Below, piece by piece: positions 34,161 through 46,109 of a stretch of DNA of 64,000 nt; the first letter of the stretch is position 1; the number at the start of each line of letters is the position of its first letter. This DNA comes from Octopus sinensis (lineage: Eukaryota). The stretch lies in contig NC_043013.1 of the NCBI RefSeq assembly GCF_006345805.1, positions 50,840,001 through 50,904,000 of the forward strand, in the 5' to 3' direction. The notes beneath the pieces were generated by a model. The model was not told where the DNA came from. It was given only the letters and a program-made list of their open reading frames with translations, and searched no databases. The translations under genes were made by a program, and so were the position numbers.

Positions 34161-35625
34161 CCCTCATCATCATCATGATTTAATGTCATGATGATTTAAT
34201 GTCCGTTGTTCATGATGGCATGGGTTGGATGGATTGATCAGGGCTGGTAAGCGAGAGAGCTGTACCAAATTCCAGTCTAATTTGGTATGGTTTCTACAAC
34301 TGGATATCCTTCCTAATGCCAACAACTTCAAGAGTGTAATGAGTGCTTTTACATGTCACCAGCAGGGGCGCCATGTATGTGACATCAATATCAGCCACAT
34401 TGCCTCTGCAAGGCCCAGTTTTGCTTTCCACATGCCACCAGCATGGGGCCCAGTTATGCGTCACCAGCATCAGCCACATTGCCTCTGTGATGCCTTATGT
34501 TTGAATGATAGTTGTTACATGCCACCGGTACAGGTACCGAAAGGCAAAGTTGGTGTCTGCAGAATTTGAACTCAGAATGTAAGGACGGATGAGATGCTAG
34601 TAAGCATTTCGCGTAGTGCGATAACAGTTTTGTCAGTTTGCCATCTAAATAATGATGATGATGATGATGACAGAAGAACGAAAGCCATGAGAAAGAGAAG
34701 TGGTGATAGAGGCTCAGTAAAATTGACTCCATCCAGAAACAGATGTAGACAGACTCTGCATCCCATCAAATGATGGGGGACATAGACTGATGCAGCTGCA
34801 ACTGTCTCTTAAGACAATGATCACAGGGTTAGACATCTATGAACTTTCTCCAGCCCCTTTTTATTCTTGTTGAAGCATCCACTTCTACTGCTAATTTGGT
34901 CTGTATGAAGAAGAAGACAGAAATCTATTTTTAATTATTTCCATAAACGGAAAGAAAACGCTGTTGTTACTATAAATGACAAAAACACTGAGAGAGTTTG
35001 GATGTTGTTGTTCTTGGTGTAATTGTAGCTGCAGTCACAATGTGGTTACTTGCTGTTGTTGTTGTTGTTGTTAAGCAACAAGACGGGTAAGGGTGATTAG
35101 GTGATGATCTAGGGCTTAGAGCGGGAGACCCCAGACCTTGGAAAAAAAAAAAAAACTTTAGTAGTCTTGTTGTAGTCGAAGGCTCTTCATTGATGTCCAA
35201 CACCACTGGGAGGTGGCCCACGAAGTCGCTGGAAATGGAGATCTCCAGGTCCAAATTCTTTTTTGGCTCTGTCTATTTTTTTGCTGTTGCCATTCATCAT
35301 TGTTTAGGTGCTGCCAGATTGGGTCTGTCCACTTCCATCTGCTGTGACTATCAATACTCTCTGTCAAGTAGCTGAGGTGCAATGAATTTATAGTACTGGA
35401 TAGGCTCAGAGGAAGGTGCAAGAACATGGAATTGTTGCTGGAGCCAGTTCTAGGTGAGGTGGATAGATTTTGGTTTGTGGGTAATTTTCGAGTGAATCAC
35501 AACATCAGGTGTAGTGATCTGATTGCTGGATATTCCTGCCACTGGTCACCTAAATAGCAAAAGTTATCAACTACTTCTTGGGAGCCATCAGGGTATTTGA
35601 GAAAATCTATTTCCCAGGCATTCTT

Positions 35626-36141
35626 AGTACTTTGGAGTAAGTTTGTTTGCCAACATAACATGGCAGTCCTGATTTAGGATGAATGTTGCTGTAATTAAGC
35701 CCCAGGAGACATCGTCTCCAGCTGGCTATATATACAACATGATCTGTGTCTTTACATTTTCAAACAAGGGAATCTAGCACCCCCACTCAGCTCAAAACAA
35801 TATCTGTATATTGTGATTTCTGGGTTATTTCCTATCACCAGCACAGAATAATTGTTCGGCTAGAGGTAAAGTCTTTATTATGATCAAACTGATCATACAT
35901 AGAAAAGGACATTACAAGACAAACAAATACAAAAATGTTATATGAGTTCGAATGAAACTTTTAAAAATTTATTTAAAAAATATTTTATATAAACAATTAA
36001 TTATTTACCTTTTTTACTTTTTTTTTTAAATAAGAAAAAGCCAGTGGGAGACGATGTCTCCTGGAGCTAAATTACAACAACATTCATCCTAAACCAGGAC
36101 TGCCATGTTATGTTGACGATCTATCTTTACTCCAAAGTACT
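35626..36141. mobile_element. foldback/MITE-like element with ~95-bp terminal inverted repeats
   Basis: AGTACTTTGGAGTAA...CAACATAACATGGCAGTCCTG-TTTAGGATGAATGTTG...CCAGGAGACATCGTCTCC (35626-35719) is mirrored at 36047-36141. Confidence 0.8.
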
Positions 36142-37177
36142 GTTGCTGAATATCTCTCATTGTGGGATTTACAAATAGTAATTTTCTAATTCTTAGTGCT
36201 CGTTGTCCTGCCAGATATGTAACGTACCTTCTCTGAGAACCGATCTGTGATTCCATTTTACTGTTTTTCTGTCCATTGTTTACATTGCGAACACCTTCTA
36301 GAATTTTCTCCAGCTCTCTTTTTTCCAAATGGAACATTACCATTTCCCTGATGCCTAAAAGAACCTCACTTCCTTCCTGCTTACCAAAACATTTATTTTT
36401 GCTCTGTCTACTTTGCTTCCATGTCTGGAATTTCAGCTTCAGTTCTTTCGCACAACCCAACTCACACAGACAAACAGACAGATGTATGTATATATTGATG
36501 TGTACATAATAAACTTCTTACTTTTTTTAGAAATCTTAAGTTAATTAGAATAAAATAAATGAAATCTATAACGATATTGCTGATAATTTATTTTCCTAGA
36601 CAACATCTTAAAGCGGAGACTCTGACTGTCATTGAAGAAATCTGTTTGAAAATGTTAAGTTATTTATTAAAGTATTTACGTAAATATTTAATCTGTATTT
36701 CAATGTAGTAGAGGCAACATTAGAGAAATAGAGAGGGAGAGAAAGAGAAAGTGGGGTGAAGAAGAGAGAGAGATAGAGAGAGATAAAATGGATGTGCTAT
36801 GTCTGATTACATATACTCCTTTACTCCTTTCAGTCATTTGACTGTGGCCATGCTGGAGCACTGCCTTTAGTCAAGCAAATCGACCCCAGGACTTACTCTT
36901 TGTAAGCCTAGTACTTATTCTATCGGTGTCTTTTGCCAAACTGCTAAGTTATGGGGATGTAAACACACCAACAGTTGTTGTCAAGCAATGGAGGTGGGGA
37001 CAAACACAGACACACAAATACGTACATACATATATATATACACACACACACACACACATATATATATACATACACACACATACATACATGCATACACACA
37101 CATATATATATCATCAGCATCATCATTTAACGTCCGTTTTCCATGCTGTCCTGGGTTAGATATGGGTTGTGTGTGTA

Positions 37178-37212
<35 letters not shown>

Positions 37213-37459
37213 CAAAGATAACATAGAGTGAAAAAAACTACAGATGGCTTGTGTTATATGGTTAAAGAATATATTTAAATTGTTGTATTAGAAAAATGTT
37301 ATAAAATTTTGTGTATAGTAACATAATTTTTGGAGAAATAACTGGTTTTATATTTTCTTTTCAAATTTCTTTACCTATAGGCGTGTGTGTGTGTGTGTGT
37401 ATATATATATATTTATTATGTGTGTGTGTGTGTGTATATATATGCATATATATATATGT

Positions 37460-37745
37460 TATTATGGCTGCCCACTCGTTATCGAGTATGGCCATTGCAC
37501 GAAGCTTAACTGTTACTGGTGCTGTGATTGAATGTGACTTTTTAGCCCAGCTAAAGATCTACAATGTCTTGTACAGAATTGGCAACTAAAGCCTTTACTG
37601 GTAATAGCCGGCTGTAGTTGTAACAGGGCTTCATGTACCTTTGCATGTCGTTTAAGTCCTCCTGCCGAATTACACTCTCTTCCACATGCCTGACAGATAT
37701 GATTAGTATGGTGTGTTACACCACCACCAGTGGCCAGGTTGTCAC
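37460..37745 (-). mobile_element. RTE-type LINE 3' fragment ending in two C2H2 zinc fingers
   Basis: Minus frame NHICQACGRECNSAGGLKRHAKVH...FSCQFCTRHCRSLAGLKSHIQSQHQ* (stop 37513-37515); short 3' UTR GGCCATACTCGATAACGAGTGGGCAGCC-ATAAT. Confidence 0.7.
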
Positions 37746-37801
37746 ATATATATGTGTCATATATATATATATGGGATGCTGCTGTGTTTACCTCCCCGAT
37801 A

Positions 37802-38202
37802 GGTGCAGGAGTGGCTGTGTGGTAAGTAGCTTGCTAACCAACCACATGGTTCCGGGTTCAGTCCCACTGCATGGCATCTTGGGCAAGTGTCTTCTGCTAT
37901 AGCCCCGGGCCGACCAATGCCTCGTGAGTGCATTTGGTAGACGGAAACTGAAAGAAGCCTGTCGTATATATATATAAGTGTGTGTGTATATGTTTGTGTG
38001 TCTGTGTTTGTCCCCCTAGCATTGCTTGACAACCGATGGTGGTGTGTTGACGTCCCCGTCACTTAGCGGTTCGGCAAAAGAGGCCGATAGAATAAGTACT
38101 GTGCTTACAAAGAATAAGTCTCGGGGTCGATTTCCTCGACTAAAGGCAGTGCTCCAGCATGGCAGCAGTCAAATGACTGAAACAAGTAAAAGAGTAAAAG
38201 AG
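37802..38202 (+). mobile_element. SINE family A, full length
   Basis: A/B boxes and 3' end as at 11040-11455. Confidence 0.9.
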
Positions 38203-38239
<37 letters not shown>

Positions 38240-39128
38240 GTATACACATGCACAGACATGTATGATTGTTGGATACTATCTGGTGACATCAGTTCCTTTT
38301 GGCCAAAGCTTCATTGATTTTGGTGAGAGGGATGTTAGCACATTTTCCTAGGTGTTATCAATAACATACACACACACACACATACGTACACACACTGATA
38401 CTCACTCACTAATTCACACACACACACACACATACATGTGTACATGTATATAAATCAAGGGAATGTTTCAGTGGTGATTCTGAAGAATCTCAGTTACAAA
38501 CAAAAACAAGCCAACAAACAAACAAACAAACAAAAGACAAAATAAAACCGTCAAAGAAAAATACTTAAAGACAGAAACCTTTCGAATAAATTCCTTACAA
38601 ACTTGATGATTGACAGTTTGGATCCATTTTGTATGGAACTCGTCTCACTGTTTACATTTGACTCACATCCACCCTGACTATTGTTAACGACCCTCCCCCA
38701 TGCCCCCCACCCCATTGGCCACAAGCATCAAGTCAACTCCATGTGACAGTGATAAGACCAATTTTGGGAAATTCAGAAGACTGGAACCTCTCCGGTGGTC
38801 CGTAAGTGACATTTCTCGTTAGTGATATTAATTTTTCTTCATTACACATCATCTTTTGATGGTGATGCCAACATGTTCATTTCTAATATGGCAGTGAGAA
38901 AAGGGGAAGTTCTTGTTTTTTTTTTTTTTTGTTATTTTATTTATATGTTTGTTCATTCATTCATTTTTTTTTTTTTTGTTGGCGCTATCTGAATAATATC
39001 TTAACATGTTAATTTTTGCTCTGCTGTAGACTAACAGAGCCGTTGGAGTTAGTTTCCTGAAATAACAGCTTAGAAAATGGCTAACATGTTTATCTTTAAG
39101 GAAAAACACTTAGAATTAATTACACTAG

Positions 39129-39175
<47 letters not shown>

Positions 39176-39372
39176 GGAAAGAGAGATGTTTCTTTCTCTT
39201 CTTTCTTCTTTTCTTTCTAAAAGTCCTCAAAGAATATGTTTTATAATTTTTCACAATTTGTTTTACAATTTTTCAAAAATTTTCTATTTCTTCACAATTT
39301 CATTCAACCCAACCAGTTATTTTTTATTATTGTTGTTGTTGTTATTATTATTATCATTACTATTGTTATTCC

Positions 39373-39583
39373 TGAGATGGCAAGTTGACAGAACTGTTAG
39401 TGGCATTTCATTCATCTTTTGCTTTCTGAGTTCAAATCCTACCGAGATCTCTTTTACCTATTATCCTTTCGTGATCAATAAAATAAAAACCAATCGAGCA
39501 CTGGGGTTGATGTAATTGACTTATCCCCTCACCCCAAATTGCTGGCATTGTACCAAAATTTGAAATCATTATTATTATCATTA

Positions 39584-39630
<47 letters not shown>

Positions 39631-39800
39631 GACGTCGCACAGTATCCAATATCGTGAGGTTATTGATTGGAGATATTGTGTCTGCCGGGGATTTGTACTG
39701 TCCGTCATGTCACAACAAGGACCTCAGATAGACAGTACTTTACGGAATATACATGTTATTATTATTGTTATTATTATTATTATTATTATTATCATTTTTA

Positions 39801-39833
<33 letters not shown>

Positions 39834-40646
39834 CATTATTATTAAGGTGGCAAGGTGGCAGAATTGTTAGTACACCAGGTGAAATGTTTAGCGGTATTTT
39901 TTCTGCTGCTATGTTCTGAGTTCAAATTCCACTGAGGTCGGCTTTGCCTTTCATCCTTTTAGGGTTGATAAATTAAATACCAGTGAAACACTGTGGTTGA
40001 TGTAATCGACTGGTCCTCTCCCCCAAAATTTCAGGCCTTGCACCTATAGTAGAAATGATTATTATTATTATTATTATTATTAATAGGTGGTAAACTTGCA
40101 TAATTGTTAGCAAGTTGGGCAAGTTGCTTAGTGACATTTCATTCATCTTTACATTCTGAGTTCAAATTCCGCCGAGATCGACTTTGCCTTCTTCCATCCT
40201 TTCGGGGTCGATAAAATAACTGCCAGTTTAGCACTGGGGACTGATGCAGTCGACTTAGTACCTCCCCTAAAATATTTCAGACCCTGTGTCTATATAAGAA
40301 AGGGTGATTCTTCTTCTTCTTCTTATCCTCCTCCTCCTCCTCCTTCTTCTCTTCTTCTTCTTCTTCTCATTATCATTATTATTATTATTATCATTATTAT
40401 TATTATTATTATTAAGGCATTAGTGAGGTGTCAGAATCGTTAGCGTGCTGGATGAAATGCTTAGCGGTATTTCGTCTGGCACTACAATCTGGGTTCAAAT
40501 TCCACCGAGGTCAACTGTACCTTTCATCCTTTAGGGGTCGACAAAATAAGTACCAGTTGAACACTGGGGTTGATGTAATCGACTAGTCGCCTCCCCCAAA
40601 TTTGCTGCCCTTGTGGCAAAATTTGAAATCATCATCATCATCATCA

Positions 40647-40689
<43 letters not shown>

Positions 40690-40825
40690 GGTGGTAAACT
40701 GGCAGAATTGTTCATTGCCTTTCAGGATAAATTAAATAAGTACCAGTTACACACTGGGGTCGATATAACTGACTTAAACCTTTCCCCCCAAAATTTTAGG
40801 CCTTATGCTTCCAGCAGAAAGAATT
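39373..40825 (+). mobile_element. five head-to-tail SINE family B copies
   Basis: Heads at ~39373, 39843, 40083, 40422, 40686, separated by (ATT)n/(CTT)n/(CAT)n. Confidence 0.85.
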
Positions 40826-41303
40826 ACTATTATCATTGTAAACATGTTTTGTTTACTTGAAATCCTGAAGTCATTGGTTGTACCATTTTTTTTTTTCTGA
40901 AAGTCTTTGTAACCCCAACCTTCCCCCTTTTCCTTTTCTCTCACAGACGTTTTCATTTTCCTTCCAATAATACTTCTGTTCTGCACTCTTTTTTTTTTGC
41001 ATTGCGACTGGCAATTACATTGATGCACTTTTCAAAAAATACAACAGATAAGAAAACAGAACTAATTTCTCAATTGTCGTTTTTTGAAATGTTTATCTCC
41101 TGTGTTTTCCCAAATGGATTCCAGGTGGCCTCATCAGTCACTGAATCTCACAATGGAATATTACTGCCATATTTACATCATAATAGCAACATTGTCTCAA
41201 ATGTAGGAGCAGCATCACGTACAAACATCACAGACTGCATCTAAAAAAATAACAAAGAGATGCCACTTGTCTGATTGCCATGGAATTGCTCACCAAAACA
41301 CAG

Positions 41304-41316
41304 TGACCTCTGACCT
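41304..41316. promoter_or_regulatory. perfect nuclear-receptor DR1-type motif TGACCT-C-TGACCT
   Basis: Exact sequence match only; no functional evidence. Confidence 0.25.
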
Positions 41317-41764
41317 GTACATGTCGCCAGAGGTCGGAGTCTGCCTCTTCTCTATACATAATGGATTTCATTGATGAGAGAATTTTCCAGTAATTAATTA
41401 AGAGTTTGATTATTAGTAATGTTTTCTTCGTTTGACATCCATTTGAATTACCATTTTTGATGGCATAAAAGACTTACGGGTTTATTAGAAACAACTCCAA
41501 ATTCATTTGCTCATATTCTGGAAAACCAGGTTTTTAACACATTAAAACATATACTCATGTACTGTAGGGTCAACTTTGCACATAGGGCCTGGGGTAATTT
41601 TTTGAGGGGTTTTTTGGTGGGTGGAAAAAGAGCATCTTACAGCCAACCAAATGGCCATATTTAAATTTCATCTCAAATGAATCATTGCAAAATGATGCTA
41701 AATTTAAATAAATTTAAAGACACAATAAGGGTGTGTCTTTAGCCCTACTGTGTTGTTGTTGTTG

Positions 41765-42064
41765 TTTGTTTCTTCTCAAGCTATGCCTGGCTCATAAGGG
41801 CCAGTTTCCTGGTTTCATTGATGTATTGGTTCCCACCTGCATGGGATTTTGGTCCGTCGCAGGTGAGCTGCAAGATGCAGGAGGAAAGATTGAGAGAAAG
41901 TTGTGGCGAAAGAGTCAGCAGAAGTTCGCCATTACCTTCTGTCAGAGCCACATAGAAGCTTAGGTATTTCCCTCATAAGCACACACATCACCTGGTTTCA
42001 GATTCGAACCTGCAATCCCTCAACCACGAGTCCGCTACTCTAACCACTAGGCCATGTGCTTCTA
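41765..42064 (-). mobile_element. SINE family D variant
   Basis: Reverse strand has the tRNA-like head GCACATGGCCTAGTGGTTAGAGTAGCGGACTCGTGGTTGAGGGATTGCAGGTTCGAATCT. Confidence 0.8.
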
Positions 42065-42229
42065 CTCAGCCCATCTATAGTAGGGCTATAAGCATAGATA
42101 GAACTAGCATCAAAATACGACCAAAATCCTAATAGGGCTTCAGTTCACAATAAAGGTAAAATCAGAATCTATGCTTAATTCAGATTAGGGCTAATATAAA
42201 AAAAAAAAGGGATAAAATTGCAAATAGAT

Positions 42230-42600
42230 GTAGGAGTGGCTGTGTGGTAAGTAGCTTGCTTACGAACTACATGGTTCCGGGTTCAGTCCCACCGTATGTC
42301 ACCTTGGGCAAGTGTCTTCTACAATACCCTCGGGCTGACCAAAGCCTTGTGAGTGGATTTGGTAGACGAAAACTGAAAGAAGCCCGTCATATATATGTTT
42401 ATATATATGTATATGTGTTTGTGTGTCTGTGTTTGTTCCCATGACATCGCTTGACAACCAATGCTGGTGTGTTTATGTCCCCGTAACTTAGCTTACTAGT
42501 ACTAGGCTTACAAAGAATAAGTCCTGGGGTCGATTTGCTTGAGTAAAAGGCAGTGCTCCAGCATGGCCACAGTCAAATGACTGAAACAAGTAAAAGAGTA
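42230..42600 (+). mobile_element. SINE family A, inserted in a degenerate short-period repeat
   Basis: Full family A sequence; flanks 42075-42229 and 42601-42790 carry recurring RGGGCT-AAAAT-like motifs. Confidence 0.85.
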
Positions 42601-43065
42601 AGGATATAATCAAAATAGGACTTAATTCAGAATGGAACTAAAATCCCAGCAGGGCTTCAATCACGAAAGGGCCAAAATCCTAACAGAGCTAAAATTACAA
42701 ATATGGCAAAAGCTAAAATAGGACTACATCAAATTTACGCTAGAATAAAATGGGGCTTATTTTGAAATCTAAACGGGGCTAAAATTGCAAATATTTAATT
42801 TGCTTTTATTTCATTTATCAAAGCATATTTTTTTTTGTATGAGAACAGGAATAAGTAGTCCATAATTGCTCCACTGCATCACCACCACTACGATGACCAC
42901 TACTACAACCACTATTGCCACTACCACCACCACCACCACCACCACACAACCACCACCACTACAACAACCATCACTACTATCATTATTGCATTACACCCAC
43001 TATCATCATGACCTCAATACTACTACTACTACTACTACCACACCACCACCACCACCACCACTACC

Positions 43066-43098
<33 letters not shown>

Positions 43099-44191
43099 GT
43101 TGCTGCTGCTGCTGTCACCATTATTGCCAGCACTACCACCACCACCACTACAACAGCCATCCCCATTGTTGCTGCTGCTGCTGCTACTGCTGCTACTTGT
43201 TGATATATATTTTCGTTTCCATTTCATTTCTGTCCTGAGAGATTGAAGTCGATTTTTGCCAGAAACCACAAGGAAAGAATTGGTAATTAGCAAGGTACTT
43301 AATCATAGATAATAACGATATTTTAAAAAGATAATAGTTGTAATTATCATGTTCATCATCATCATCATCATCATGACCATCATTATCACTGTCACCTCCA
43401 CCATCATCATCATCACTATCACCATCATCACCACCACCATCCTCATCCAAATCACTACCCTCTTCCTCCTCCTCATCCCTACTTCACTGTCACCTTCGCT
43501 ATCACCACCACCACCACCACTGCCATCATCATCCCCATCACCTTCTCTGCCACCACCACTACCACCACCACCGCTGCCGCCACCACCATCACCACCACCA
43601 CCATCACCGTCACCACTACCACCATCTCCTACATCTCCACCACCACCACCACCACCACCACTATCATCCTCACCACTTTCACCACCACCACCAAACTTTT
43701 ACATGGATGCCATCAATGGATTTCTGCGTTGAGATTTAATAACAACAAGCTCCTTTAACTCTCAGGTGTGTTGTAATTAATTCTTGAAAGAAATACAAGA
43801 AGAGAATGTTCTGCAACTTTGGTATTGTAGTCTGAAATTCCAAAGAATCTTCCAAAGCCTCAAAAACAGCTGCAATTGAGTTTCTTCTTTGAGATCTTTT
43901 GGAAAATTCCATTCACTGCCATTTGTCCTTGAGTTTTCTGCATTCTTCAATCAAGATCTGACAGTTTTCAAAATTTTTCTTCTACTTCCTTTCTGCTAAC
44001 ATATTCTACCACCATCACCATCACCATCATCATTCTAGTGATCGCTTTCCCATGCTGGCAAAGGTCAGATGGAATTTGTTGAGGTTATTTTTCTACAGCT
44101 GCATGCATTTACTGTTGCCAACCCTCACCTGTTTCCAAGTAAGGTAACATGTTACCATAGCTAGACATGTTCTTCACAAATATATATATAC

Positions 44192-44720
44192 GCAGGAGTG
44201 GCTGTACCAACCACATGGTTCCGGGTTCAGTCCCACTGCGTGGCACCTTGGGCAAGTGTCTTCTACTATAGCCTCGGGCCGACCAAAGCCTTGTGAATGG
44301 ATTTGGTAGACAGAAACTGAAAGAAGCACATTGTATATATGTATATATATAAATGTGTGTGTGTGTGTTTGTGTGTCTGTGTTTGTCCCCCTAGCATTAC
44401 TTGACAACTGATGCTGGTGTGTTTATGTCCCCGTTACTTAGCGGTTCGGCAAAAGAGACCGATAGAATAAGTACTGGGCTCACAAAAGAATAAGTCCAGG
44501 AGTCGAGTTGCTCGACTAAAGGTGTTGCTCCAGCATGGCCGCAGTCAAATGACTGAAACAAGTAAAAGAGTAAAGAGTATACGATGGGCTTCTTTCAGTT
44601 TCCATCTACCAAATCCACTCACAAGGCTTTGGTCAGCCTGAGACTATAGTTGAAGAGACTTGCCCAAGGTACCACACAGTGAAACTAAATCCGAACCACC
44701 TTCTTACCATGCAGCCAAGC
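44192..44720. mobile_element. SINE family A (+, head deletion) abutting an inverted family A 5' half (-)
   Basis: Plus copy 44192-44577; reverse-complement half 44578-44720. Confidence 0.8.
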
Positions 44721-44924
44721 CTGATAGTTAAATTTAATAATGTCAGAAAATGGAGAGATAAATATGTGTATTCAATTTATTTGCATCATATTTTGTTTTT
44801 AAGATATAAATACAAATAAATTTCTCTTTTAAAAAGCACCATAGAAAAATCAAAAGCCTACATATGTTTCGATTGAAGCCCCTTTGTAATACGTTATTTG
44901 TCAGTTGTCAGGCTCCAATATGTA

Positions 44925-45301
44925 CACTTGCGTCAGAAATTAATTAGCACTTCTCAAATTTCTACATTAAATAGGTTAAATCAATTAACCTATGAGCTGT
45001 TCAAAATCGTCTTACGCGATTGAGAAAACTTAGTATGGTGTGATTTCGGTCCTTGCGAGGCGCTACCTATATCTATTAAACAAGGGAATTTGTCTGCATC
45101 CGCACTCCAAGTTGTTGTTGCACTGCTATGTCAACATCATAAGGCTGTAGAACTCTCAAACTGCTCTGCAAAGTTACGTCATCGTTCTGCGCAACAGTGA
45201 ACTCGCAACAAAGCAATAGTTCGAGATATGGCCACTAGGTGACAGCACATACCTTGAGTGAAGAGCAAATTAAGGGTGCTAATTAATTTCTGACGGTAGT
45301 G
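44925..45301. mobile_element. Tc1/mariner-type MITE, 377 bp
   Basis: 26-bp TIRs CACTTGCGTCAGAAATTAATTAGCAC / GTGCTAATTAATTTCTGACGGTAGTG (24/26 match); TA TSD at 44923-44924 and 45302-45303. Confidence 0.88.
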
Positions 45302-45384
45302 TATATATATATATATATAATATATGTATGCGTATATAAATACATACATACACAGATATATATATACATGTATATATACATATA

Positions 45385-46019
45385 TATATTTAATGTAGGA
45401 TAAAATTTTTTTTTTTTTCGAAAAAAAAAATTTTATCAATGGCATATTAAAAAATACCTTTAAAGGTTAAAATTATAAACAACTTATAAATAAGGGCAAA
45501 CGAAAAAATTTCTAATGCCAAATATGCCGAAAATTGGACATATTGTCCATTACCATATAATTTTTCACAATATGCACGCTACTTGAAAAAAAGCTGACAG
45601 AAATTTCTAAAAAATTCCATTATTACCATATCGGACCGATTTCAGGGTTAGTTCGTGAGAACCCTTCCTTTGTCAGTGATAAATGTGGCAAAGAAATATG
45701 AATGAGATACTTACTCATACCCATGGAAGAAGCAAACACTAAGTCATGAGCACAATTAAGTACCCCAAATATATCCAAAATAGAAATACTCCAGCCCATT
45801 CAAGACACTTGCGATTTGAACTGAGGCTCTCACAGAGTGAGAGAGTCCGAAAGTGAACACTTAAATTTATATTTAATGTAGGATGAATTTTTTTTTTTTT
45901 TTTTAAAATTTATCAATGGCCAGCATATTAAAAAATACCTCTAAAGGTTAAAATTATAAACAACTTATAAATAAGGGCAAACGAAAAAATTTCTAATGCC
46001 AAATATGCCAAAAATTGGA
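45385..46019 (-). mobile_element. ~152-bp direct repeats flanking a hammerhead-like motif (Penelope-like partial tandem or retrozyme-like)
   Basis: 45385-45538 and 45868-46019 are near-identical (period 483 bp); motif at 45623-45682. Confidence 0.55.
45623..45682 (-). ncRNA. type I hammerhead-like motif with altered core
   Basis: Minus strand: helix I TTATCA/TGGTAA, CTGA-CAAAG-GA, helix II AGGGTT/AACCCT, GAAA, helix III ATCGG-T-CCGAT, AUA triplet. Confidence 0.55.
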
Positions 46020-46109
46020 TGAAGGGAGGGTTCATATAAAAACATGTAATATACAAATAAATATCTGTAAATATAAAATCATCTGAATTTCTGAGTACCT
46101 CATTTCTTC

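Noticed and set aside
36089-36460. 123-aa minus ORF resembling a LINE fragment (YFGVKID)
   Set aside because: That segment lies in the inverted-repeat arm of the 35626-36141 foldback element; no RT motifs.
41095-41140. Minus-strand CTGATGAG...GAAAAC
   Set aside because: Helix II closing pair, helix III and helix I cannot be formed.
43349-43732. Pro-rich ORF (formin/extensin-like)
   Set aside because: Translation of an (ACC/CAT) triplet array; no flanking domains or splice evidence.
45821-45866. Second, plus-strand hammerhead-like motif (CTGAGG...GAAAGTGAACACT)
   Set aside because: Core lacks the N7-G8-A9 segment and helix I does not pair, although helix II- and III-like hairpins are present.
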